A stretch of 26,095 nucleotides of DNA from Marine Group I thaumarchaeote (GCA_044358425.1 CP054849.1:673947-700041), one strand, 5' to 3'; shown: positions 1 to 6,451, counted from the stretch's first letter. Translations and numbers: made by a program. The notes: a model not told the origin generated them from the letters alone.

Positions 1-14
1 TGCCCTCGGCACCA
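1..14 (+). tRNA. 3' end of a tRNA gene (truncated by window edge; isotype not determinable)
   Basis: TGC-CCTCGGC-A-CCA reads as the end of the T stem, a 7-nt GC-rich acceptor strand, discriminator A and encoded CCA, followed by a TTTT run. It is GC-rich in an AT-rich background. Only 14 nt are visible. Confidence 0.6.
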
Positions 15-92
15 TTTTACATCCAGGCAAATTTCCAATTATGATAGAATAACCTGCTCTTTTAGGCTCAATATGGAATAGTTTATGATCTT

Positions 93-263
93 ATGATTTG
101 TAATATTTTAGGATGTAACACAGAATCCTATTTCCGAGTACTATATTCCCATTATAATAAATCCAAAACCCCTTTTGCAAAAGAGATCATGAGAGTGTGT
201 GAAAATCATGCAAAAATGATTGCAGATGAAGATACAGAAATAAGAATTCAAGTACTGAATTGA
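93..263 (+). CDS. 56-aa C2CH zinc-finger-like microprotein (not in ORF track)
   Basis: Hand translation MICNILGCNTESYFRVLYSHYNKSKTPFAKEIMRVCENHAKMIADEDTEIRIQVLN; C-x4-C-x27-C-x2-H; its stop overlaps the next start (TTGA). Confidence 0.65.
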   Translation: MICNILGCNTESYFRVLYSHYNKSKTPFAKEIMRVCENHAKMIADEDTEIRIQVLN

Positions 264-427
264 GAAAAATTGAGATTAAATTACAGGATAAGGATTATTT
301 TGATTTTCTTAGTATTTCTATAAACGAAGAATTGTCAGTTGAAGAAAATTTAAAAAATATAATAAAATATCATTTGATAATTTATAGAAATAAAAAGAAA
401 ATAAGAAATAAGAAATTATTTCCTTAA
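260..427 (+). CDS. 55-aa putative ribbon-helix-helix (CopG/Arc-like) DNA-binding protein (not in ORF track)
   Basis: TTG start overlapping the upstream TGA; MRKIEIKLQDKDYFDFLSISINEELSVEENLKNIIKYHLIIYRNKKKIRNKKLFP shows an alternating beta strand, two helices and an S-V-E turn. Confidence 0.55.
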   Translation: MRKIEIKLQDKDYFDFLSISINEELSVEENLKNIIKYHLIIYRNKKKIRNKKLFP

Positions 428-435
428 CGAATTTT

Positions 436-777
436 TTATGCATCTACTAAATTGTAGAAATTTTTGCCAGAGCTAGATTTCTCCATAATGCATTTTACAT
501 GAAGTGTTTCTTTACCAGAATTAATATCATCACGAAGTTTTTGATTAGAAAATTTCTTGACAATAGCGACACGGGTAGTATGAAATTTATTCATTTGATT
601 GCCATCAATTGAAAAAAATTCTTTCATGGTTAATTTAACACCTTTAGTGATTTCATCACCTTGCGTGTAATGAGAATCTTCAATTTCAGTAATTGTAAAA
701 GATTGACCATCAATTTTTGCCAATGATGCTGAATTGCTAACTACTTGATAATCTGCTAATTTTGCTATCTTATTCAC
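436..777 (-). CDS. hypothetical protein, possible virus-derived phi29-p5-type single-stranded DNA-binding protein
   Basis: Open frame with uncertain start (TTG 807, GTG 777 or ATA 768 after a perfect SD); beta-rich; C-terminus ETLHVKCIMEKSSSGKNFYNLVDA resembles the end of phi29 SSB as recalled. Confidence 0.7.
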   Translation of the reverse strand: MNKIAKLADYQVVSNSASLAKIDGQSFTITEIEDSHYTQGDEITKGVKLTMKEFFSIDGNQMNKFHTTRVAIVKKFSNQKLRDDINSGKETLHVKCIMEKSSSGKNFYNLVDA

Positions 778-782
778 CTCCC
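774..782 (-). promoter_or_regulatory. Shine-Dalgarno sequence GGGAGGTGA
   Basis: Reverse complement of tcacctccc; complementary to the archaeal 16S 3' end; 5 nt upstream of an in-frame ATA codon. Confidence 0.55.
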
Positions 783-937
783 AACACAGTAAAATGAAAT
801 CAAACAAAAATAAAGTAATTCAAAAGTAAAGTGTTGACTAATACATACTGTTTTTTCAATATTTTTAAAAATAATCAAAAAATATGAAAAATAGTCAAAA
901 ACATAGAAAATAAATTTAACAGAAAAATTTGGGTAAT

Positions 938-1165
938 ATGATAAAAGAAGAAGAATTGAATCAATGGATAAGTGAATTTCATCCAACAGTGGAAACTGAA
1001 ATAATTGAGGTATTGCGGGCACGAGTCCAATATGCAATTTTAGATGAATTAAACTACATGGTTTCGAATCAAATTGGGACTCCAGATCAAGTAAAAAAGA
1101 TCGTATTAGACGAGATTACAGAGATCACAAATGACTCAATTGAGATAGATACTGAAGAAGATTGA
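938..1165 (+). CDS. small acidic helical hypothetical protein
   Basis: ORF track 929..1165; ATG at 938 preferred because TAAATTTAA lies about 27 nt upstream. Confidence 0.75.
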   Translation: MIKEEELNQWISEFHPTVETEIIEVLRARVQYAILDELNYMVSNQIGTPDQVKKIVLDEITEITNDSIEIDTEED

Positions 1166-1230
1166 CCTAAAATAGAAGAAAAAACTACAAAATCTTTAAA
1201 AGCTACTCAATCGCAAGATTTTCGATATTA

Positions 1231-1446
1231 ATGGCTGAAAAAAAAGTGGTAAAGAAAACAACTGCAAAAGCAAAGAAAACAACCACTAAAGCAAAGAAAA
1301 CAAAAAGTAAAAAAATCAAAGATGAGCCTAGCGGAGATAGTGGAATAGTGATTGTGGATGATGATTTAGTCATAGATCAAGAAAAAATTAATGAAGAGCG
1401 AAGAGCATATCTTGAAGAAGCCAGATCTCAAGAAGCCACAGACTAG
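1231..1446 (+). CDS. hypothetical protein with Lys-rich N-terminus and acidic C-terminus
   Basis: 71-aa ORF with KKTT repeats, then IVIVDDD and EERRAYLEEAR; TTTAAA upstream. Confidence 0.85.
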   Translation: MAEKKVVKKTTAKAKKTTTKAKKTKSKKIKDEPSGDSGIVIVDDDLVIDQEKINEERRAYLEEARSQEATD

Positions 1447-1537
1447 AAACGTAATAATTGGTTTAGAAAATACGTTGGCACATATTTACCAAATTAATGT
1501 CAGTAAAACTCAGAAAAACCATTTTTTAAAACAGAAA

Positions 1538-1633
1538 TTATTTCTTTAAACAGACACAAGTACAGTCAAACATTCCAGCTTTACCCATACATTGTTCATG
1601 ATATGTATCAGAGCATTTAGTGCAAATTACCAT
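1538..1633 (-). CDS. 31-aa Cys-rich metal-binding (metallothionein-like) microprotein (not in ORF track)
   Basis: MVICTKCSDTYHEQCMGKAGMFDCTCVCLKK; 6 Cys and 1 His; ATG 1 nt after the upstream stop; AAGGAG SD-like motif at 1646-1651. Confidence 0.7.
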   Translation of the reverse strand: MVICTKCSDTYHEQCMGKAGMFDCTCVCLKK

Positions 1634-1634
1634 A

Positions 1635-1742
1635 CTAATCCAAATCTCCTTTTGTATGAGTTCTTTCATGAATAATGACTTTTTCAAAAGTATCAGAATA
1701 TCCACTCCATTTGAAACTACAATTACGACATTTGTAATTCAT
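1635..1742 (-). CDS. 35-aa single C2H2-type zinc-finger microprotein (not in ORF track)
   Basis: MNYKCRNCSFKWSGYSDTFEKVIIHERTHTKGDLD; Y-x-C-x2-C-x16-H-x3-H; ATG 1 nt after the upstream stop. Confidence 0.75.
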   Translation of the reverse strand: MNYKCRNCSFKWSGYSDTFEKVIIHERTHTKGDLD

Positions 1743-1743
1743 T

Positions 1744-1857
1744 TTATTCACATTTACCTATCTTTTGTGTTTCAAATTCTTTGAATGCGTTTACATCATT
1801 TGCTACTCTGGTTTTACCAAAAGCAAAATTTGATTTTTTAATGATTTTTTTGAACAT
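1744..1857 (-). CDS. 37-aa basic microprotein, first gene of a three-gene operon (not in ORF track)
   Basis: MFKKIIKKSNFAFGKTRVANDVNAFKEFETQKIGKCE; TATATAT 22-28 nt upstream; stop lies 1 nt before the next ATG. Confidence 0.6.
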   Translation of the reverse strand: MFKKIIKKSNFAFGKTRVANDVNAFKEFETQKIGKCE

Positions 1858-1878
1858 ACTAACCCATGATTTTTACTC

Positions 1879-1885
1879 ATATATA
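1879..1885 (-). promoter_or_regulatory. TATA box of the microprotein operon
   Basis: Minus strand reads CCGG-TATATAT-G at roughly the spacing expected for a leaderless transcript starting at ATG 1857. Confidence 0.5.
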
Positions 1886-1957
1886 CCGGCGTATTGAACG
1901 AAAATATCCTTTTTTAAAAATTAGAAGTTAATTTATCAAACACCAAACGTTTGAGAT

Positions 1958-2134
1958 TTATTTTCTGTTAAATTTTCTATCTAACATAGCGATAGCAATT
2001 CCAAAACCTATCAAAACAACAGCTGCAATCCTAACATAATCAAATCTTTCTTCAGGCATTATAATACCAACAACTGTAAACCAAGCTCCAAACACAAGAA
2101 CTACTACTGCTACAGCTTTTCCTAATGTACTCAT
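1958..2134 (-). CDS. 58-aa two-TM helical hairpin membrane protein (not in ORF track)
   Basis: MSTLGKAVAVVVLVFGAWFTVVGIIMPEERFDYVRIAAVVLIGFGIAIAMLDRKFNRK; two hydrophobic stretches and a basic tail; starts 2 nt after the upstream stop. Confidence 0.8.
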   Translation of the reverse strand: MSTLGKAVAVVVLVFGAWFTVVGIIMPEERFDYVRIAAVVLIGFGIAIAMLDRKFNRK

Positions 2135-2136
2135 TT

Positions 2137-2319
2137 CTAATTTGATAGTGTCAAAGTGTCATTAGGATTACAAATTCCAATATTGCATAGGTTCTGGTAA
2201 CCATCATCAGTTTCACCTTTATCATACGTTATTGCACAGCACTCATGATACACATGATCATTTCTAATTATGACTTTATGATTCAATTCAATTTCTTTTT
2301 TGCAATAGACACAATTCAT
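2137..2319 (-). CDS. small zinc-binding protein (LIM half-domain-like)
   Basis: C-x2-C-x18-H-x2-C plus a C-x4-C pair; TTTAAAA about 25-29 nt upstream on the minus strand. Confidence 0.75.
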   Translation of the reverse strand: MNCVYCKKEIELNHKVIIRNDHVYHECCAITYDKGETDDGYQNLCNIGICNPNDTLTLSN

Positions 2320-2519
2320 CTTATTACTTAATCAAAGAAGTTTTAAAATAAAAAAGACACTCGGCCCTACTGTTATTGTTTACAAAAGAAACACCCTTTT
2401 TTAAAAATCAGAATAATTCTTGAAAAATAGGCATGAAAATGTAAACTGTGCCTGAGTCCATCATCTTTCTTTAGATATATCCTAGAAATATTTATCAAAT
2501 TGATTCACATAAAGTAGTC

Positions 2520-2759
2520 GTGTATGCATTATGTTTGATTACTGTTAAACCAGGAAAAGTAGATTCAGTAGTTGAAATTTTAAAGAAAAAACGTAAAGTT
2601 GTAAAACAGGTAATGGTAGTTACTGGAAGAGCAGATATCAGTGTAATTTTACAAGGAAAAATGGATCAAATCAATCAAATGGTAATTGATTTTAAAAAAA
2701 TTAAGGATATTGTTACGACGGAGACTCTAATTGAAGTGGAGGTAGATTTAGGTTGGTAA
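2520..2759 (+). CDS. stand-alone Lrp/AsnC ligand-binding (RAM) domain protein
   Basis: ALCLITVKPG...VVTGRADI...TTETLI pattern; no HTH; GTG start with TTTATC at -29. Confidence 0.85.
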   Translation: MYALCLITVKPGKVDSVVEILKKKRKVVKQVMVVTGRADISVILQGKMDQINQMVIDFKKIKDIVTTETLIEVEVDLGW

Positions 2760-2971
2760 AAGCAATAATTTTAGTAAAATCTCCAAAAAAATTAATTGCT
2801 GTTAAATTAAGAAAATTGACAAAAGTTTCAAATTCATTTCCAACAAGCGGACAATTTGATGCAGTTGCAATAATTGATGTTCAAGAATTAATTGAAATTA
2901 AAGAAGTGGCAAATCAAATTCAAAAAATTAGCGGCGTTGAAAGAACTGAAACAATGGTTGAGGTTCAATAA
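2753..2971 (+). CDS. stand-alone Lrp/AsnC ligand-binding (RAM) domain protein
   Basis: KAIILVK...TSGQFDAVA...GVERTETMV pattern; TTG start overlaps the previous gene by 7 nt. Confidence 0.85.
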   Translation: MVKAIILVKSPKKLIAVKLRKLTKVSNSFPTSGQFDAVAIIDVQELIEIKEVANQIQKISGVERTETMVEVQ

Positions 2972-3044
2972 TTGATTTCAAAATAATTTAAAAAAATAAA
3001 ATTAAAATGGTAATTGATTTAAGCAACTTTCACCCATATTCTTT

Positions 3045-3458
3045 GTGAATATCAAAAAAGTTGGAAATGTAATATTGGCAGTCCAAGATTTAGACAAGTC
3101 AATACAATTCTACAATGAAATAATTGGTCTTCCAATTAAAGACCAAAGAAAAACATGGGTAGATTTAGGTACATCCGGAGCTTTGTTGAGTTTACACCCT
3201 GCATCGTCAACTGCAGAACATGTAGGAGATTCCATAGATAATGGAATAAGTGTTGGATTTCTAGTAGGAGATTTGAAATCTGCCATAGAAGAACTAAAAA
3301 CAAAAGATGTTACAGTTCATCGAGACATTATGGAAAGCGAGGTAGGCAAAAATGCAGTAATATTGGATCCAGACAAATATATGATTTCATTGTTTGAACC
3401 CAATTTTGAGGACAAAGATCAACAAACCAGTGGATATGTTGGATTTACACCAGCTTAG
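3045..3458 (+). CDS. VOC family (glyoxalase/bleomycin resistance) protein
   Basis: VILAVQDLDKSIQFY...IGL, VGFLVGDL and LDPDKYMISL motifs. Confidence 0.9.
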   Translation: MNIKKVGNVILAVQDLDKSIQFYNEIIGLPIKDQRKTWVDLGTSGALLSLHPASSTAEHVGDSIDNGISVGFLVGDLKSAIEELKTKDVTVHRDIMESEVGKNAVILDPDKYMISLFEPNFEDKDQQTSGYVGFTPA

Positions 3459-3838
3459 ATTGTCTTTTTTATTGAAGAGATAATCTTCTCCAAGCTTTTT
3501 TCTTTTGAATTAATTGAAATGTAGAAAGTTACATCACTTTTTTGTAAAATAAGAACATTAACTTTTGAATGTTTCAACAAAATATGGTCTAATTTTCCAA
3601 AGGAAGTATTAATTTTTCTTAATGAGAGCAATGTAGATGTAATGAAAAATTCATGTTTGACATCTTCAGAATTCAATAGAGGTTTAAGATTGGGTTTAAT
3701 TACACCAGTTAATGTCCTACCATAATTGTTTATCACACCAGCATATCGAATATTATTAGAAACTTCAAGAATAGTTTGACATTGTTTTTTATATTTTAAA
3801 ATATTTTTTTTCCATTTATCTGAAGGGGTTTTTACCAT
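3455..3838 (-). CDS. conserved thaumarchaeal hypothetical protein (roadblock/longin-like fold, DUF6659-like)
   Basis: C..IL....IRYAGVIN..GR...G pattern of an expanded thaumarchaeal family. Confidence 0.75.
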   Translation of the reverse strand: MVKTPSDKWKKNILKYKKQCQTILEVSNNIRYAGVINNYGRTLTGVIKPNLKPLLNSEDVKHEFFITSTLLSLRKINTSFGKLDHILLKHSKVNVLILQKSDVTFYISINSKEKSLEKIISSIKKTI

Positions 3839-3891
3839 ATTAAAAAACGAAATCAGAATTTAATAAGGCTTGTCAATCGTGCAATCAAATC

Positions 3892-4281
3892 TTAAGGATT
3901 ATGCTTATCTTTTGGTCTATTGTTTAATTTTTTCTTTAGTTCTAAATTCTCTTTAATGAGTTTCTCATTTTCAGTTTTTAGTGTTTGAACTGAATTTCTA
4001 CCACTAAACAAAGGATGGCCAGGTGGAACAATTGGGGATTCAGGTGAGATTAAACCTGAAGCATATTGTTGATAGAGTTTTTGAAATCCTTGAAGTTTTT
4101 GATTAAGGGTTTCATCATGCTGAGATAATTGTGATTTCATTTGATTCTGATGCATTGGAGATAAAGGATGATTTAGTCCTGGAGGCAATCTAGGAAACTG
4201 AAATGCCATGTGAGGAATGTTTGGATTTAATCCATAAAGGTCTTGAAGATGTCTCATTACCATATTATCCATAAATTTCAT
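3892..4281 (-). CDS. Pro/His/Gln-rich hypothetical protein with C-terminal coiled coil
   Basis: 129-aa ORF with two PPG(xx)HPL motifs and heptads LKTENEKLIKENLELKKKL; start uncertain among several Met codons. Confidence 0.8.
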   Translation of the reverse strand: MKFMDNMVMRHLQDLYGLNPNIPHMAFQFPRLPPGLNHPLSPMHQNQMKSQLSQHDETLNQKLQGFQKLYQQYASGLISPESPIVPPGHPLFSGRNSVQTLKTENEKLIKENLELKKKLNNRPKDKHNP

Positions 4282-4409
4282 CCTAATTTGCTATATTTGT
4301 GGCTTACTTTAGGCATTTGATATACTAACTAGTTTAATTTCAGTCATTTTTACTCAAATTCAGCTGATCGCAGATCCTTATAGATTCCCACAATTGAACG
4401 ATCTTAGTC

Positions 4410-4556
4410 ATGGCAAAAGAGAAAAAATCATGTTTGAGATGTAAAAAAGACATCAAACAAGAGGAACTACACAAAATTGTGATGTATGTTGTTCAAAACG
4501 AATTCACTGAACACCACTATGAGCATGTAGAGTGTCCTGAAAAATTTACAGTTTAA
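4410..4556 (+). CDS. 48-aa zinc-finger microprotein (not in ORF track)
   Basis: MAKEKKSCLRCKKDIKQEELHKIVMYVVQNEFTEHHYEHVECPEKFTV; C-x2-C-x27-H-x2-C; CTTATA about 30 nt upstream. Confidence 0.8.
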   Translation: MAKEKKSCLRCKKDIKQEELHKIVMYVVQNEFTEHHYEHVECPEKFTV

Positions 4557-4576
4557 TTTAGTATTTTAAGAATCAA

Positions 4577-5356
4577 TTATCCCTTGAATTCAAAAACTTG
4601 ATAGATTTCTCCTGTATGTCTTGAACGATAATTCCATTGGACATTTTTCCAAATTATTTGTTGGAAATCTTTTTGAGAATTTGGATGTAATCTTTTACAA
4701 ACATCAGAACCGATTAAAATTTGATTAGGTTTTGCCATTGATTGAATTTTTGCAGCTATATTCATAGCAGGTCCCATTAAATCAACATGAGAATGTTGTT
4801 CATCAGCACCATATCTAACTACGATATTTTGACCAAAATCAACACCAATTGTTACCATTAAATCCGGATAATCATATTGATCAAGTATTGGATTTATTCC
4901 CTTTTGAATAACAGTAATCATAGATTTAGCACAATTAACTGCATTATCTGCAGTAAGTAATGAATTTGATTCTGCAACAAAATATCCAATAACTGCATCA
5001 CCTACAAATTTTAAAACATATCCATGATGTTGTCTAATCACAGCTGCCATTTCTTGTGCAAAAGAGCTAATTATGGTGGCAATTTTATCGGAAGGCATTT
5101 CCAAAGCCATCTTTGTTGAACCAACTAAATCCACATACAACACCATCATATCTAGTTTTGAAAATACATTTTTTCTAAGAAAATCTTCAGATTCATCATG
5201 TACTCCTGAATACTCATATCCTTTTTTCAAAGCTCCCCAAACACGTTTTTGAGTTTCCAGAATCATACTTTCAGAATCTACAGCAGCTTCTGCATTTCGG
5301 CTTAGAAGCATATCTACTACTCGATTGTCATTTTTTTCATTAATATTTTCACTCAT
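4577..5356 (-). CDS. class III adenylate/guanylate cyclase domain protein (adenylate-type specificity residues)
   Basis: YVDLVGST (metal Asp 1), KFVGDAV (specificity Lys, metal Asp 2), DLMGPAMNIAAK (specificity Asp, transition-state Asn). Confidence 0.92.
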   Translation of the reverse strand: MSENINEKNDNRVVDMLLSRNAEAAVDSESMILETQKRVWGALKKGYEYSGVHDESEDFLRKNVFSKLDMMVLYVDLVGSTKMALEMPSDKIATIISSFAQEMAAVIRQHHGYVLKFVGDAVIGYFVAESNSLLTADNAVNCAKSMITVIQKGINPILDQYDYPDLMVTIGVDFGQNIVVRYGADEQHSHVDLMGPAMNIAAKIQSMAKPNQILIGSDVCKRLHPNSQKDFQQIIWKNVQWNYRSRHTGEIYQVFEFKG

Positions 5357-5366
5357 TTTTATTCAA

Positions 5367-5489
5367 TTAATCCAACGGAAAATCAATTTTACAGTTGTCA
5401 CATTTACCTCTATTGCCCTTATATTGTTCATTATAATATTCAATAATCTCAGAATTACAATTATAGCACAAAATTTTAGATTCCACCAT
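5367..5489 (-). CDS. 40-aa C4 zinc-ribbon microprotein (not in ORF track)
   Basis: MVESKILCYNCNSEIIEYYNEQYKGNRGKCDNCKIDFPLD; C-x2-C-x18-C-x2-C; ends 10 nt before the cyclase ATG. Confidence 0.75.
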   Translation of the reverse strand: MVESKILCYNCNSEIIEYYNEQYKGNRGKCDNCKIDFPLD

Positions 5490-5608
5490 GCCTAAAAAGG
5501 ATGTTTAACGTATTTAGATATTGTTGAGAATTAATCAAATAAATCAAAATTAGATATTTTTCAAATATGAAAATGAAGGTTTAAGGAGAGTTATTTTTTA
5601 GCAAAATT

Positions 5609-6451
5609 GTGCGACTAGGTTCGAGATCACCAGATGAATTTATTCAATTATTGAATAAAAAAAATGATGAGATTCAAAAAGATTTTTTAGAAAAAATGAT
5701 AGAGAAAACCAAGATTGCTAATGTCAAAGTGATGATGGGGGATTCTACAATTACAGAACAAAAGACATTTGATCCTAAAGAAGTATCCAATTACCTAGAA
5801 GGCATAATTCAAAGATTAGATGGATGGTCTTTACAAAATGTATCAACGACAAATAATGAGGATCTAAGAAGAATATTTACTAAATTTGAAATTACTGAAG
5901 GTAATTATTTGATATCAGGTCATTTATCAATACAATTCCATGTATTATTATTTTACAAGCCAGTTCAAAGAGTGATTGATTCACAAAAAGAATTAGCTGA
6001 AATTTTAGACAATACAAAAAAACAGGAATCAGATTTATCAAATAACAGTGATCAATTTGTCTTAGACAAGTTAAAAGAAATGGGATACAAAGATTTTGAT
6101 CATCAAAAATTATTTGAAATATTTTATGAAGATGAAGAATTTAGTAAAAAAGTGTATGCAGAAATTGAAAAAGAATCCAGTGAAGAATTTAAAAAATTAA
6201 CTGAAAAGAAAAACAAATTGATAAAAGAATTAGATTCTTTATTAATTGAAACATATCAAACAAGTTCAGTATTGATTGATGATACTAGATTAGTAGCAGG
6301 TGAAGAAGGATGTTTGTGTACATTAGACATAGAATTTATCAAAAATAACAATCGTGAAGGTCTGTTTGATCCAAGAAAAATGTCAAATAACGTAAAAGAA
6401 AATATTATAAAAAAATTGGAAATACTTCAAGAACAAATTAATTTAAAATAA
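5609..6451 (+). CDS. conserved hypothetical protein (acidic, central helical/coiled-coil region)
   Basis: 280-aa open frame; GTG start with TTTAAG at -29; no motif recognised. Confidence 0.85.
   Translation: MRLGSRSPDEFIQLLNKKNDEIQKDFLEKMIEKTKIANVKVMMGDSTITEQKTFDPKEVSNYLEGIIQRLDGWSLQNVSTTNNEDLRRIFTKFEITEGNYLISGHLSIQFHVLLFYKPVQRVIDSQKELAEILDNTKKQESDLSNNSDQFVLDKLKEMGYKDFDHQKLFEIFYEDEEFSKKVYAEIEKESSEEFKKLTEKKNKLIKELDSLLIETYQTSSVLIDDTRLVAGEEGCLCTLDIEFIKNNNREGLFDPRKMSNNVKENIIKKLEILQEQINLK

Noticed and set aside
774-1037. 87-aa minus-strand ORF in the track
   Set aside because: Antisense to the 938..1165 gene and spans the divergent promoter; Phe/Ile/Tyr-rich shadow of A-rich DNA.
1463-1522. 19-codon minus-strand ORF MVFLSFTDINLVNMCQRIF after the microprotein operon
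   Set aside because: No coupling, SD or motif; length expected by chance.
1944-1953. 10-bp palindrome CAAACGTTTG
   Set aside because: Short and single; cannot be distinguished from chance or from a 3' hairpin of the upstream gene.
912-1975. 15-bp inverted match AAATTTAACAGAAAA (912-926) and TTTTCTGTTAAATTT (1961-1975) as possible element ends
   Set aside because: Almost all A/T, one copy lies inside a coding region, and there is no transposase or target duplication.
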